From Halotalea alkalilenta DSM 17697 (lineage in GTDB: Bacteria > Pseudomonadota > Gammaproteobacteria > Pseudomonadales > Halomonadaceae), in the NCBI RefSeq assembly GCF_000621205.1, contig NZ_JHYY01000021.1:106719-138718 (forward strand): DNA of 32,000 nucleotides, written 5' to 3'. Below the pieces are notes generated by a model. It did not search any database. It was not told the origin of the DNA and saw only the letters and a program-made list of their open reading frames with translations. Shown in pieces: positions 1-9,243 of the stretch. How positions within the stretch are numbered: the stretch's first letter is position 1; each line of letters starts with the position of its first letter. Position numbers and translations under genes: made by a program.

Positions 1-142
1 CGGGCGACCACGAGAGGGCGCCTCGGGGGAAATCACATGTCGCAGCGGGCTACATGCCCGTCGCGGCCGAACCCAGGTCGCGACGGGCGGCCTCCAGGTC
101 GACAGAAGGCGCCTCGGAGGCGCTCTGACTGTACCCTTTTGA

Positions 143-158
143 TGCATGGAGCGTGCCA
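143..158 (-). promoter_or_regulatory. sigma-54 (RpoN) -24/-12 promoter firing leftwards out of the window
   Basis: The reverse complement of 143-158 reads TGGCACGCTCCATGCA. This matches the sigma-54 consensus TGGCACG-N4-TTGCW at every position except the first T of TTGC, and the GG-N10-GC spacing is correct. NtrC-like sites lie 150-200 bp upstream in the same orientation. Confidence 0.6.
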
Positions 159-287
159 GAATGATGCAGATTTCCGAGAACGCATCATAACCCCATGATT
201 ACTCTGATTAATCATTCACTAAATAGGGTTTTTCGATGCTCCCTTGAGCCAGTGACGAGCACCTTCAGCCCGTACCAGCATAGCCAT

Positions 288-335
288 CGCACCATTTTGG
301 ATCAAAAAAACCACAAACAGCACCATGCCGGTGCT
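288..335. promoter_or_regulatory. Two tandem NtrC-like enhancer sites (upstream activating sequence, UAS)
   Basis: Site 288-304 is cGCACCAtttTGGatca and site 319-335 is aGCACCAtgccGGTGCt. Each matches about 11 of the 14 defined positions of the NtrC consensus TGCACCA-N3-TGGTGCA. Their centres are 31 bp apart (three helical turns), comparable to the pair of strong sites at E. coli glnAp2. Confidence 0.5.
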
Positions 336-456
336 TCAGCCCGCTTTCTCGTCATCGATCCTGCCTGCCCTCCAGCGAGCAAGCGGCGACTTCCCTCCTT
401 TATACCTGCTCTGAGCGCTCGCCGGGGGTATCGGGCCAGAGCCAAGACGTGCGAAG

Positions 457-473
457 TGCACCATGCGCACGCA
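457..473. promoter_or_regulatory. Additional NtrC-like half-site
   Basis: The sequence is TGCACCAtgcgcacGCA. The left half-site is perfect and the right half-site is weak. Confidence 0.3.
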
Positions 474-761
474 ACGGCTATCCTGTATCCCTTCCGGCGG
501 GTACAATGCCGAGCCAGCCCCTCCCCGCGCATCCGACGCTCCGTATATCCGCAGCAGCTCGGTGGGTGCGCTAGAACCTGTCTGAGATCATCGCGAGCCG
601 AGGTCAGGCTTCGATCAATCCGGGGCGCACAGCCAACGAAGAATGGAATTCCCATCGGGATGAACGAGCGATCGATGGCTCGGCTTGCGTTCGATCTCCC
701 CATGCATGACCCGGCTACGCGGATCACAGACAGGCTTTCAGCAGATTACGGAACATAATTA

Positions 762-2594
762 ATGTCACAGCACGAACTCGATTCCCGGATCGCCCATATC
801 CGGAACATCGCCATCATCGCCCACGTCGACCATGGCAAGACCACGCTGGTCGACAAGCTGCTCCAGCAGTCAGGCACCCTCGACCGCCGCAACGAGGGTC
901 AGGAGCGGATCATGGACTCCAGCGACCAGGAAAAGGAACGCGGCATCACCATCCTGGCCAAGAACACCGCGATCCAATGGCGCGACTATCACATCAACAT
1001 CGTCGACACCCCCGGACACGCCGACTTCGGCGGCGAAGTGGAGCGGGTGATGTCGATGGTCGATTCGGTACTGCTGCTGGTCGATGCGGTCGACGGCCCG
1101 ATGCCGCAGACTCGCTTCGTCACCCAGAAGGCCTTCGACCAGGGCCTCAGGCCCATCGTGGTGGTGAACAAGATCGACCGTCCCGGCGCGCGTCCCGACT
1201 GGGTCATCGACCAGATCTTCGATCTGTTCGATAACCTCGGCGCTACCGACGAACAGCTCGACTTCCCGATCATCTATTGCTCCGCGCTCAACGGCATCGC
1301 CGGCCTCGATCCGGAAGAGCTGGCCGACGACATGACGCCGATGTTCCAGGCGATCGTCGATATCGTCGAGCCGCCCAAGGTCGAGCTCGACGGCCCGTTC
1401 CAGATGCAGATCTCGGCACTCGACTACAACAGCTACGTCGGGGTCATCGGCGTGGGTCGGATCAAGCGCGGCTCGGTCAAGCCCAACCAGCAGGTCACCG
1501 TGATCGACGTCGACGGTTCTACCCGTCGCGGCAAGATCGGCCAGGTCATGACCCATCTCGGTCTCGAGCGGGTACAGACCCAGGAAGCCACCGCCGGCGA
1601 CATCATCTGCATCACCGGGATCGACGAGCTCGGCATCTCCGACACCCTGTGCGACCCGGCCGCGGTCGAGGCATTGCCGCCGCTGTCCGTCGACCAGCCG
1701 ACGGTGTCGATGACCTTCCAGGTCAACGATTCGCCGTTCGCCGGCCGCGATGGCAAGTTCGTCACCAGCCGCAACATCAAGGAACGGCTCGACCAGGAGC
1801 TGATCCACAACGTCGCACTGCGCGTCCAGCAGGGCGAGACGCCGGAGAAGTTCATCGTCTCCGGGCGTGGCGAACTGCACCTTTCGGTGCTGATCGAGAC
1901 CATGCGTCGCGAAGGCTTCGAACTGGCGGTCGGCCGCCCCGAGGTGATCATCCGCGAGATCGACGGGGTCAAGCAGGAGCCGTACGAAGAGGTGATCATC
2001 GACTGCGAGGAGCAGCACCAGGGCTCGATCATGGAAGAGCTCGGCTATCGCAAGGGCGAGATGACCAACATGAACCCGGATGGCAAGGGCCGGGTGCGTC
2101 TGGACTTCATCATCCCCGCGCGTGGGCTGATCGGCTTCCGCGGCCAGTTCCTGACCATGACCTCGGGTACCGGCATCCTCACCAGCCGCTTCGATCACTA
2201 CGGCCCGCTCAAGCCGGATGCCTCGATCGAGCGCCGCAACGGCGTACTGGTATCGATGGTCACCGGCAAGGCGCTGGCCTATGCGCTCTATACCCTTCAA
2301 GAGCGCGGCAAGCTGATCATCGACCATGGCACCGAGGTCTACGAGGGGATGCTGATCGGCATCCACAACCGTGCCAACGACCTGGTGGTCAACCCGACCA
2401 AGGGCAAGAAACTCGACAACATGCGCGCCTCGGGCAACGACGAGAACATCGTCCTCACCCCGCCGGTACGCTTCTCGCTCGAACAGGCGATCGAGTTCCT
2501 CGACAGCGACGAGCTGGTCGAAGTGACGCCCAACCACATCCGCCTGCGCAAGAAACACCTCACCGAAAACGAGCGCAAGCGCGCCTCGAAGTGA
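762..2594 (+). CDS. typA: Translational GTPase TypA/BipA
   Basis: 610-aa ORF. It carries the G-domain motifs [16 protein letters not shown] and NKIDR, and it resembles TypA/BipA over its full length (EF-G-like domains and C-terminal domain). A strong terminator hairpin follows the stop codon. Confidence 0.97.
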   Translation: MSQHELDSRIAHIRNIAIIAHVDHGKTTLVDKLLQQSGTLDRRNEGQERIMDSSDQEKERGITILAKNTAIQWRDYHINIVDTPGHADFGGEVERVMSMVDSVLLLVDAVDGPMPQTRFVTQKAFDQGLRPIVVVNKIDRPGARPDWVIDQIFDLFDNLGATDEQLDFPIIYCSALNGIAGLDPEELADDMTPMFQAIVDIVEPPKVELDGPFQMQISALDYNSYVGVIGVGRIKRGSVKPNQQVTVIDVDGSTRRGKIGQVMTHLGLERVQTQEATAGDIICITGIDELGISDTLCDPAAVEALPPLSVDQPTVSMTFQVNDSPFAGRDGKFVTSRNIKERLDQELIHNVALRVQQGETPEKFIVSGRGELHLSVLIETMRREGFELAVGRPEVIIREIDGVKQEPYEEVIIDCEEQHQGSIMEELGYRKGEMTNMNPDGKGRVRLDFIIPARGLIGFRGQFLTMTSGTGILTSRFDHYGPLKPDASIERRNGVLVSMVTGKALAYALYTLQERGKLIIDHGTEVYEGMLIGIHNRANDLVVNPTKGKKLDNMRASGNDENIVLTPPVRFSLEQAIEFLDSDELVEVTPNHIRLRKKHLTENERKRASK

Positions 2595-2600
2595 GTCTCC

Positions 2601-2634
2601 GGACCGCCCGCCTTTGGCGGGCGGTCCTGGTTTG
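2601..2634 (+). terminator. Rho-independent terminator of typA
   Basis: Perfect 12-bp GC-rich stem: GGACCGCCCGCC (2601-2612) pairs with GGCGGGCGGTCC (2616-2627) around a TTT loop. The tail is TGGTTTGG. Confidence 0.8.
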
Positions 2635-2906
2635 GGGGCAGAGCATTTCCTCGCTTGATGGCGAGCATGTCGCCAACCGCGCGATCGACGCCTGATTCCC
2701 AACGCACCCACGGGACGCACTCTGCGCGACACCATTCCTGATTGCTGGCTCCGCGTCCAAAACCTCCCACCGCAATCGCCGTATTCCGTCGAAACACGTA
2801 CAAAGGGCCAGGCAGTGTCGTGACTTTGGTCTCATCACTGTCATGAAAACGTCACAATCCCCCGACAGGATGGGGCGACCCAGGCACTCGACTGCGAGAT
2901 ATCGGC

Positions 2907-3701
2907 ATGGAATGGACACACCTGATTGTTCTGGCCCTGATCCAAGGGCTCACCGAGTTCCTTCCCGTCTCCTCGTCGGCCCACCTGATACTTCCCTCCC
3001 AACTGTTTGGCTGGCCCGATCAAGGGCTCGCCTTCGATGTAGCCGTCCACGTCGGCACGCTCGCCGCAGTGGTGCTCTACTTTCGCACCCAGCTGCGCGA
3101 GGTGGCGGTGGGCTGGACCCGCCAGTTGACCGGCCACGGCTCGAGCCCCGAAAGCCGCCTCGGCTGGTCGGTGATCGCCGCTACGCTACCGATACTGGTG
3201 GTCGGTGGACTGCTCGCCAACTGGATCGAGCTGACCATGCGCTCGATGACAGTGATCGCCCTGACCACGATCATCTTCGGGCTGCTGTTGTGGTGGGCCG
3301 ACCGACTCGGCAAGCGCTCCCGCGAAATGCCCCAGATCGATCTGCGCGCCGCGCTGTTGATCGGCCTCGCCCAGGTCATCGCCCTGGTGCCCGGCACTTC
3401 CCGCTCGGGGATAACCCTCACCGCGGGCCTGCTACTCGGCTTCACCCGCCAGGCCTCGGCGCGCTTCTCGTTTTTGCTTTCGATCCCGCTGATCGCCGCC
3501 GCCGGCGTATTCAAAGGCGTCGAGCTTTGGCAAACCGGCGGCGTGGACGGCTGGCGCGACCCGCTGCTCGGCGCAATGATCTCCTTCGTCACCGCGCTGG
3601 TCTGCATCAAAGCGTTTCTCGCCCTGCTCGACCGCATAGGCATGCTGCCCTTCGTGATCTATCGACTGGTGCTCGGCGGCCTCCTGCTGCTGGTGCTGTA
3701 G
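2907..3701 (+). CDS. uppP: Undecaprenyl-diphosphate phosphatase, divergent paralog (UppP/BacA family)
   Basis: 264-aa polytopic membrane ORF. It has the UppP signature motifs GLTEFLPVSSSAHL near the N-terminus and PGTSRSGITL in the centre. Confidence 0.9.
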   Translation: MEWTHLIVLALIQGLTEFLPVSSSAHLILPSQLFGWPDQGLAFDVAVHVGTLAAVVLYFRTQLREVAVGWTRQLTGHGSSPESRLGWSVIAATLPILVVGGLLANWIELTMRSMTVIALTTIIFGLLLWWADRLGKRSREMPQIDLRAALLIGLAQVIALVPGTSRSGITLTAGLLLGFTRQASARFSFLLSIPLIAAAGVFKGVELWQTGGVDGWRDPLLGAMISFVTALVCIKAFLALLDRIGMLPFVIYRLVLGGLLLLVL

Positions 3702-3798
3702 CGCCTGCGCCTGCGCGGCACGAGAAACTCGCAACCGCATCTTCTTTCCCCAGGATCTACTCCACTGCCCGGTGGAGTACGCAAGGAGTTGAACATCC

Positions 3799-4632
3799 AT
3801 GACCTTTGGAGACGCCGGTGATGCGCTGATACTAGGCATCGTCGAGGGCTTGACCGAGTTCCTGCCGATCTCGAGCACCGGCCACCAGATCATCGTCGCC
3901 GACCTGCTCAACTTCTCAGGCGACAAGGCGGTCGCCTTCAATGTGATCATCCAGCTCGGCGCGATTCTCGCCGTGGTGTGGGAGTACCGCGCCAAGATCG
4001 CAGGCATCGCGATCAGCCTGCCCACCAACGTCGAGTCGCGCCGCTTCGTACGCAACGTGCTGATCGCCTTCTTCCCGGCGGTGCTGCTCGGTTTGGCCTT
4101 CGCCGACGTGATCCAGCACTATCTGTTCAACCCGGTCACCGTCGCCGCCGCCCTGGTGATCGGCGGCATCCTGATCCTTTGGGCGGAAAAGCGTAAGCAT
4201 CTCGTGCGGGCTGAATCGATCGAGCAGATTCGCTGGCACGACGCACTCAAGGTCGGCTGCTGTCAGTGCCTGGCGCTGATTCCCGGCACCTCGCGCTCCG
4301 GTTCGACGATCATCGGCGGGCTGTTCTTCGGCCTCTCGCGCAAGGCCGCGACCGAGTTCTCGTTCTTCCTCGCCATCCCGACGATGATCGGCGCCACCAC
4401 CTACATGTTCATCAAGCACGGCAGCACCCTGATCGATGGCAATCTCGGCATGCTCGCGATCGGCTTCGTCACCGCTTTCATCTTCGCCATGATCGCGGTG
4501 CGCGCGCTGCTGCGCTTCATCGGCCACCACAGCTACGCCGCCTTCGCCTGGTACCGCATCGCCTTCGGTCTGCTGATCCTCGCCACCTGGCAGTTCGGCT
4601 GGATCGACTGGGCCCACGTCACCGAGCTGTAG
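3799..4632 (+). CDS. uppP: Undecaprenyl-diphosphate phosphatase, E. coli-type paralog (UppP/BacA)
   Basis: 277-aa ORF with the motifs [14 protein letters not shown] and [10 protein letters not shown]. It aligns collinearly with E. coli UppP as I remember that sequence. An AAGGAG ribosome-binding site lies at 3783-3788. Confidence 0.93.
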   Translation: MTFGDAGDALILGIVEGLTEFLPISSTGHQIIVADLLNFSGDKAVAFNVIIQLGAILAVVWEYRAKIAGIAISLPTNVESRRFVRNVLIAFFPAVLLGLAFADVIQHYLFNPVTVAAALVIGGILILWAEKRKHLVRAESIEQIRWHDALKVGCCQCLALIPGTSRSGSTIIGGLFFGLSRKAATEFSFFLAIPTMIGATTYMFIKHGSTLIDGNLGMLAIGFVTAFIFAMIAVRALLRFIGHHSYAAFAWYRIAFGLLILATWQFGWIDWAHVTEL

Positions 4633-4672
4633 CGAGCAACCCGCCTAAGCGCCACGCAGGCTTGGGCGGCTC

Positions 4673-6094
4673 CTACGCATAGCGGGTAGGAGCGCCACCA
4701 AGAAAACGAGCGTCCTGCTGATGGCGCAGCCGCCAGAGCATCGATGTCTCGTCGAGTTCCACATCGCCCCCGCGAATCGGCTCGCCGGCCGATACCGCAC
4801 GCCGCAGCCGGCCGGTCGCGGCGAGATAGAACGGCAATGGCGCCTCCTCGGTCAGCGCAGCGGCCGGCACCAGCGCCGGTCGCAGATGGTCGATGGTGTG
4901 GTGATGCCCATGCGCGGTGAGCGCAGTGCCGGTGGGCAGGTCGCGCTCGGCGATGCCGACCAGATCGAAGCGCGGCTTCGGTACCCGGGCACCGCTTGAG
5001 ACGCCGTTGAGCACCGCTTCGAACAGGCTGGTGGCGACTTCGAGCCCGAGCAGATGACGCGGCAGCAGGATCGTCGCAGCATTGCCGTCGCGACCGACCA
5101 GATGCCCTTTGGCCGCTAGCATCCGCCAGCTCTCGCGATCACCGCAGCGGACGTTGACGAAGACGCCGCCGGCCGGGCTGAATTCGTCCACCCGGCGCAG
5201 GCAGTTGAATACGTCGATCCGCCCTTCGCCGGCGAGCAGGCCTCCCAGTTCGCGACGCTCGAAGATATCGGCGACCTCACCGAGCCGTGCGATCGGGCAG
5301 TGCAGCGACGGCTGGTCGGGCACCAGCGCGCTATGGTTGGCGACCAGCCCCAGTTCGCAGAGATCCGGCACCGCGCGCTGCGGCAGCGCTGCGGCCAGCT
5401 GAGCGCGCGCCGCCAGCCATTCCGCCAGCGGCTGCCCTCCGCGCTGCCACAGCGTATCGAGGCCGCTTGCGTCTATCCGCCGCCCGTCACACTCGAGCGT
5501 ACGGGCGCAGGGGTCGTAGATGAAGTCGTACTCGCTGGCCTTGCCCGCACTGATCACTTCCAACCCGACTCGCTCGGCCCAGCTGATCAGGCCCAGCAGC
5601 AAACTCGGCTGGTCGCCATCGACCGGCGTCACGATACAGCCGCGCTCTCGCGCCATCTCGGCGAGCATCGGGCCGACCACGCTGTCGACCTCCTTCGAGG
5701 CCAGCGCCAGGTGACGACCGGCCTCTATCGCCAGAACCGCATGGCGGGCGCCAGCCTCGGGCTGCCCGGTCGCCTCGACGACCACATCGAAGGGCAGCGC
5801 CAGCGCCATCGCCAGCGAGTCGGTGACCACGCAGTGGCCCGCGTTCCAGGCACGGCGCGCCTCGGCGACCTCGCGGCAGACGTGGATCCGGTCGAGGGGC
5901 CATCCGGCGGCCCGCAGCGCGGCGACGGCGGTATCAAGATCGAGATCGACGGCGACCCGGGCATCGAGCCCCGGCACCCTTGGCGCATGCACCAAAAGGC
6001 TGCGTCCGAAGCCGCCGCTGCCGACCACGCAAGCCTCGACCACCCGCTCACCGCGGCTCGAATCGCCATGATCGAAGTAATGCTCCAGGTTCAT
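4673..6094 (-). CDS. NAD(P)-binding dehydrogenase with C-terminal SAF domain (COG4091, homoserine-dehydrogenase-like); substrate unknown
   Basis: 473-aa ORF. It has an N-terminal Rossmann motif (VVGSGGFGRS) and a homoserine-dehydrogenase-like fold. The C-terminal roughly 70 aa look like a SAF domain. Its start codon overlaps the tctA stop codon (ATGA at 6091-6094), which suggests translational coupling. Confidence 0.7.
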   Translation of the reverse strand: MNLEHYFDHGDSSRGERVVEACVVGSGGFGRSLLVHAPRVPGLDARVAVDLDLDTAVAALRAAGWPLDRIHVCREVAEARRAWNAGHCVVTDSLAMALALPFDVVVEATGQPEAGARHAVLAIEAGRHLALASKEVDSVVGPMLAEMARERGCIVTPVDGDQPSLLLGLISWAERVGLEVISAGKASEYDFIYDPCARTLECDGRRIDASGLDTLWQRGGQPLAEWLAARAQLAAALPQRAVPDLCELGLVANHSALVPDQPSLHCPIARLGEVADIFERRELGGLLAGEGRIDVFNCLRRVDEFSPAGGVFVNVRCGDRESWRMLAAKGHLVGRDGNAATILLPRHLLGLEVATSLFEAVLNGVSSGARVPKPRFDLVGIAERDLPTGTALTAHGHHHTIDHLRPALVPAAALTEEAPLPFYLAATGRLRRAVSAGEPIRGGDVELDETSMLWRLRHQQDARFLGGAPTRYA

Positions 6095-7650
6095 CGGGGG
6101 GTCTCCGCGCCCTGCCGGGGCCGCTCCTGCGACGCCTCAGGCTTCATCGCGCTGCGGCGTCGGAAGGCGCGCAGCCCGATCATTTTCGACACCAACGGCC
6201 AAGCCAGCATGAACACCCCCAGCCCCATGATCGTCGAGACCAGCGGGTTGGACCAGAACACCGCAACGCTACCGTCGGAGAACACCATCGACTGGCGGAA
6301 CGCTTCCTCGGCGCGATCGCCCAGCACCATCGCCAGCACCAGCGGCGCGACCGGGTAGTCGAGCTTCTTGAACAGGTAGCCGAGCAGGGCGAAGAGCAGC
6401 ACCAGCAGGATATCGAAGGTGGAGTTGGCGACCTGGTACACCCCGGTGAAGATCACCGCGATGATCAGCGGTCCGATGATCGCGAACGGCACCCTCAGGA
6501 TCGAGGCGTAGAGCGGCACGGTGGCGAGCACCAGCACCACTGCGACCAGGTTGCCCAGGTACATGCTGGCGATCAGCCCCCAAACGAAATCCGGCCGTTC
6601 GACGAACAGCATAGGCCCCGGGGTGAGTCCCCAGATCATCAGCCCGCCCATCATCACCGCCGCTGTGGCCGAGCCAGGCACCCCGAGCGCGAGCATCGGC
6701 AGCAGTGCGGAAGTACCCGCCGAGTGATCGGCCGCCTCGGGGGAGACGATCCCACTCGGCTCGCCCTTGCCGAAGCGCTCCGGATGCTTGGAGAAGCGCT
6801 TGGCGATGCCATGGCTCATGAACGAGGCCGCGGTCGGGCCGGCCGGAGTGATGCCCATCCAGATCCCGATCAGGATGCTGCGCACCAAAGCCACTGCGTA
6901 GCGCGGCATCTCAGCGGCGGTGCGCAGCACATCCATCGGCCTGATGCGCGCCTTTATCCCCTTGAAATGCAGCCCCTCCTCGGTGGTGACCATCAGCTCG
7001 GCGATGCCGAACAGGCCCATCACCGCGACCAGGAAGCTGATCCCCTTGACCAGGTCGGGAATTCCGAAGGTCAGCCGCAGCCCGCCCGATACCGCATCCA
7101 TGCCGACAGTGGCGAATACCAAGCCGAGCGCCAGCGAGACCAGGGTCTTCGAGGGCGCGCTCGAACTCATGCCGATGAAACTGGCGAAGGCCAGGAAGTA
7201 GACCGCGAAGTACTCGGGCGAGGAGAAGCGCAGGCCGAACTCCGCGACCCAGCTGGAGAGCAGCGTGATCATCACCACCCCGGCCAGCGCACCCAGCCCG
7301 GCGGAGATGAAGGCCAGGGTCAACGCCCGGGTCGCCTGGCCGTCACGCGCCATCGGGTAGCCATCGAAGGTGGTCGCCACCGACGAGGGCTCGCCTGGGA
7401 TGTTGAACAGGATCGACGTCGTCGACCCGCCGAACAGCGCTCCCCAGTACATGCAGCTGAGCAGGATGATCGCCGAGATCGGATCCATGGTGAAGGTCAG
7501 CGGCAGCAGCAGCGAGACGCCGTTGGGGGCGCCCAGGCCAGGCAGCACCCCGACCAGCACGCCCAGCAGCACGCCGATCACCATGATCGTAATGTGGTAC
7601 CAGCTGAGGACGGTGGCGAAGCCATCCATCAGATGCATCAGGTTGTCCAT
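6091..7650 (-). CDS. tctA: Tripartite tricarboxylate transporter large permease TctA
   Basis: 519-aa highly hydrophobic ORF that resembles the TctA family over its full length. A GGAGG ribosome-binding site lies 9 nt upstream of the start. Confidence 0.93.
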   Translation of the reverse strand: MDNLMHLMDGFATVLSWYHITIMVIGVLLGVLVGVLPGLGAPNGVSLLLPLTFTMDPISAIILLSCMYWGALFGGSTTSILFNIPGEPSSVATTFDGYPMARDGQATRALTLAFISAGLGALAGVVMITLLSSWVAEFGLRFSSPEYFAVYFLAFASFIGMSSSAPSKTLVSLALGLVFATVGMDAVSGGLRLTFGIPDLVKGISFLVAVMGLFGIAELMVTTEEGLHFKGIKARIRPMDVLRTAAEMPRYAVALVRSILIGIWMGITPAGPTAASFMSHGIAKRFSKHPERFGKGEPSGIVSPEAADHSAGTSALLPMLALGVPGSATAAVMMGGLMIWGLTPGPMLFVERPDFVWGLIASMYLGNLVAVVLVLATVPLYASILRVPFAIIGPLIIAVIFTGVYQVANSTFDILLVLLFALLGYLFKKLDYPVAPLVLAMVLGDRAEEAFRQSMVFSDGSVAVFWSNPLVSTIMGLGVFMLAWPLVSKMIGLRAFRRRSAMKPEASQERPRQGAETPR

Positions 7651-7686
7651 GAGGTACGCCCTCCAAGTGGCGCGGTGCGAAGCGGC

Positions 7687-8178
7687 TCAGTAGATGCCCA
7701 GCCACGCCTCCAGCGGCCCTTTGAGCAGCGGGACCTGGAAGCCGATTTCGAAGATCAGGTAGAAGCAGGCACTGACCGCGGCGCCGGTCGACGCCGCCAC
7801 CCACCAGCGATAGCTCCCTTGCAGGCGCATCGCGAAGAGCATGTAGAGGAAGGTACCGACGTAGAGACCGAGCACTACAGAGACCGCCGCATAGCCGACC
7901 AGCGGCAGGGTGAAACGGGCGACCGAGCGCGCCCGCGCGCCATCGAGGAAGACCTCATCGAGATGGCGTTTCCAGATCAATGCCCGCCCCAGATTGACCA
8001 GGCTGGCAAGCACGATCAGCACACCGATGTAGAAAGGGAAGTAGCCTGATGAGGGGCCGCTCGGCTCCCAGCCGACCCCCGCCTGCCAAGCACCGATGCA
8101 GACGGTCACCCCGATCGCGCCAGTGAGCAGCGCGGTCGTGATCTCCATGCTGTGCCGGGACACGTGCTTGTCAGCCAT
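7687..8178 (-). CDS. tctB: Tripartite tricarboxylate transporter small membrane subunit TctB
   Basis: Small protein with about 4 transmembrane segments, located between tctC and tctA. I chose the ATG at 8178 (MADKH...) because GGAGG lies 5 nt upstream. The track start at 8190 contains that ribosome-binding site within its own codons. Confidence 0.8.
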   Translation of the reverse strand: MADKHVSRHSMEITTALLTGAIGVTVCIGAWQAGVGWEPSGPSSGYFPFYIGVLIVLASLVNLGRALIWKRHLDEVFLDGARARSVARFTLPLVGYAAVSVVLGLYVGTFLYMLFAMRLQGSYRWWVAASTGAAVSACFYLIFEIGFQVPLLKGPLEAWLGIY

Positions 8179-8214
8179 AGTGACCTCCAAGGTTGGATGG
8201 GCAACGGACGGCGG

Positions 8215-9198
8215 TCACTCGACCAGCCAGCCCTCGGTGGCGAAGACTTCCGTGATCACTCGCGTGTTCTCGTCGATGTAGCTGCGCAACTCGTCACCGC
8301 TGAGGAAGGTGTCTGACTGCACGCTATTGGCCACGTATGCTTTCCACTCAGGGGTTTCGACGACTTTCTGCAGCAGATCGCGATAGAACTCGACCACTTC
8401 CTGGTCGACGCCGGCAGCGAGCCACACGGTGCGCGGCATGCGGTACTCGGTGATCGGTATGCCCTGGGAGGCGCAGGTCGGTACGTCGCCCCATCCCTTG
8501 CCGTCGTAGACCGGCTCTCCCGCGGGCAGCGGTTCGGGGGAGAACACGCAAAGCGGCTTGACCATCCCCGCCTTCCATTGGCCGAGGTTCTCCGAGGGGT
8601 TGTTGACGTTGGCGTCGACGTGCCCGCCGGAAAGCTGCACCAGCGCCTGGCTGCCGCCGTTGAACGGCACATAGCGGAACTCGGTACCGGTCGCCGCCTG
8701 GAGCATGCTGACCAGGGTCTGGTCGGTATCCTTGGACTGACTGCCGGAAAAGCGCATCTTGCCCGGCTCGGCCTTGGCGTCGGCGATGAACGCACCGGCA
8801 TCCTCCCACTCAGCCTTGCCGTTGACCCAGATCATGAACTCGTCGAACGCCATCGCCGCTACCGGCTGCAGGTCTTCCGCCGCGTAGGGCATCCGATTGA
8901 CCTTGGGCAGCAGGTACTCGTTGTTGGTGCCGAAGGTCAGCTTGTAGGGATCGTTCTGATAACCGGCGGCGTAGACGAAGCCTTCGGCACCGCTGCCGCC
9001 TCCTTTGTTGGAGACGATGATCGAAGCGTCCATCAGGTTGTGCTTGCTGATGATCGCCTGCACGGTTCGCGCGAAGTTGTCGGTGCCGCCACCGGCCCCC
9101 GAGGTCACCACGAATTCGACCGGGCGATTGGGCTCCCAGGCCAGAGACTGGGCGGATACCGCCAACGTGGCGCAGAGCAGTGAAAGTGGCTTGATCAT
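8215..9198 (-). CDS. tctC: Tripartite tricarboxylate transporter periplasmic substrate-binding protein (TctC/Bug family)
   Basis: 327-aa ORF with an N-terminal signal peptide (MIKPLSLLCATLAVSAQSLA). The motif VVTSGAGGGTD and the overall layout are typical of TctC/Bug solute receptors. Confidence 0.9.
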   Translation of the reverse strand: MIKPLSLLCATLAVSAQSLAWEPNRPVEFVVTSGAGGGTDNFARTVQAIISKHNLMDASIIVSNKGGGSGAEGFVYAAGYQNDPYKLTFGTNNEYLLPKVNRMPYAAEDLQPVAAMAFDEFMIWVNGKAEWEDAGAFIADAKAEPGKMRFSGSQSKDTDQTLVSMLQAATGTEFRYVPFNGGSQALVQLSGGHVDANVNNPSENLGQWKAGMVKPLCVFSPEPLPAGEPVYDGKGWGDVPTCASQGIPITEYRMPRTVWLAAGVDQEVVEFYRDLLQKVVETPEWKAYVANSVQSDTFLSGDELRSYIDENTRVITEVFATEGWLVE

Positions 9199-9243
9199 GA
9201 TCGTGACTCTTTGACGTGGAGTTCGAGAAAGACCATCGATGGT

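Noticed and set aside
195-758. 187-aa (+) ORF and overlapping 141-aa (-) ORF (302-727) in the region upstream of typA, plus the 60-aa ORF at 33-215 (-)
   Set aside because: Their composition is Arg/Ser/Pro/Cys-rich and unlike real proteins. They have no ribosome-binding site and overlap each other. The region is better explained as the sigma-54/NtrC enhancer region plus the typA promoter and leader.
870-2735. 621-aa ORF on the minus strand spanning the whole of typA
   Set aside because: It is exactly antisense to a gene with unambiguous TypA motifs. Its translation is low-complexity and rich in Arg, Ala, Asp and Val, as expected for open antisense frames in high-GC DNA. No ribosome-binding site or recognisable family was seen.
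5980-8049. 689-aa (+) ORF rich in His, Arg, Asp, Gln and Glu
   Set aside because: It is antisense to tctA and tctB, which have clear transporter features. The highly charged, repetitive translation is the mirror image of a hydrophobic membrane protein in GC-rich codons.
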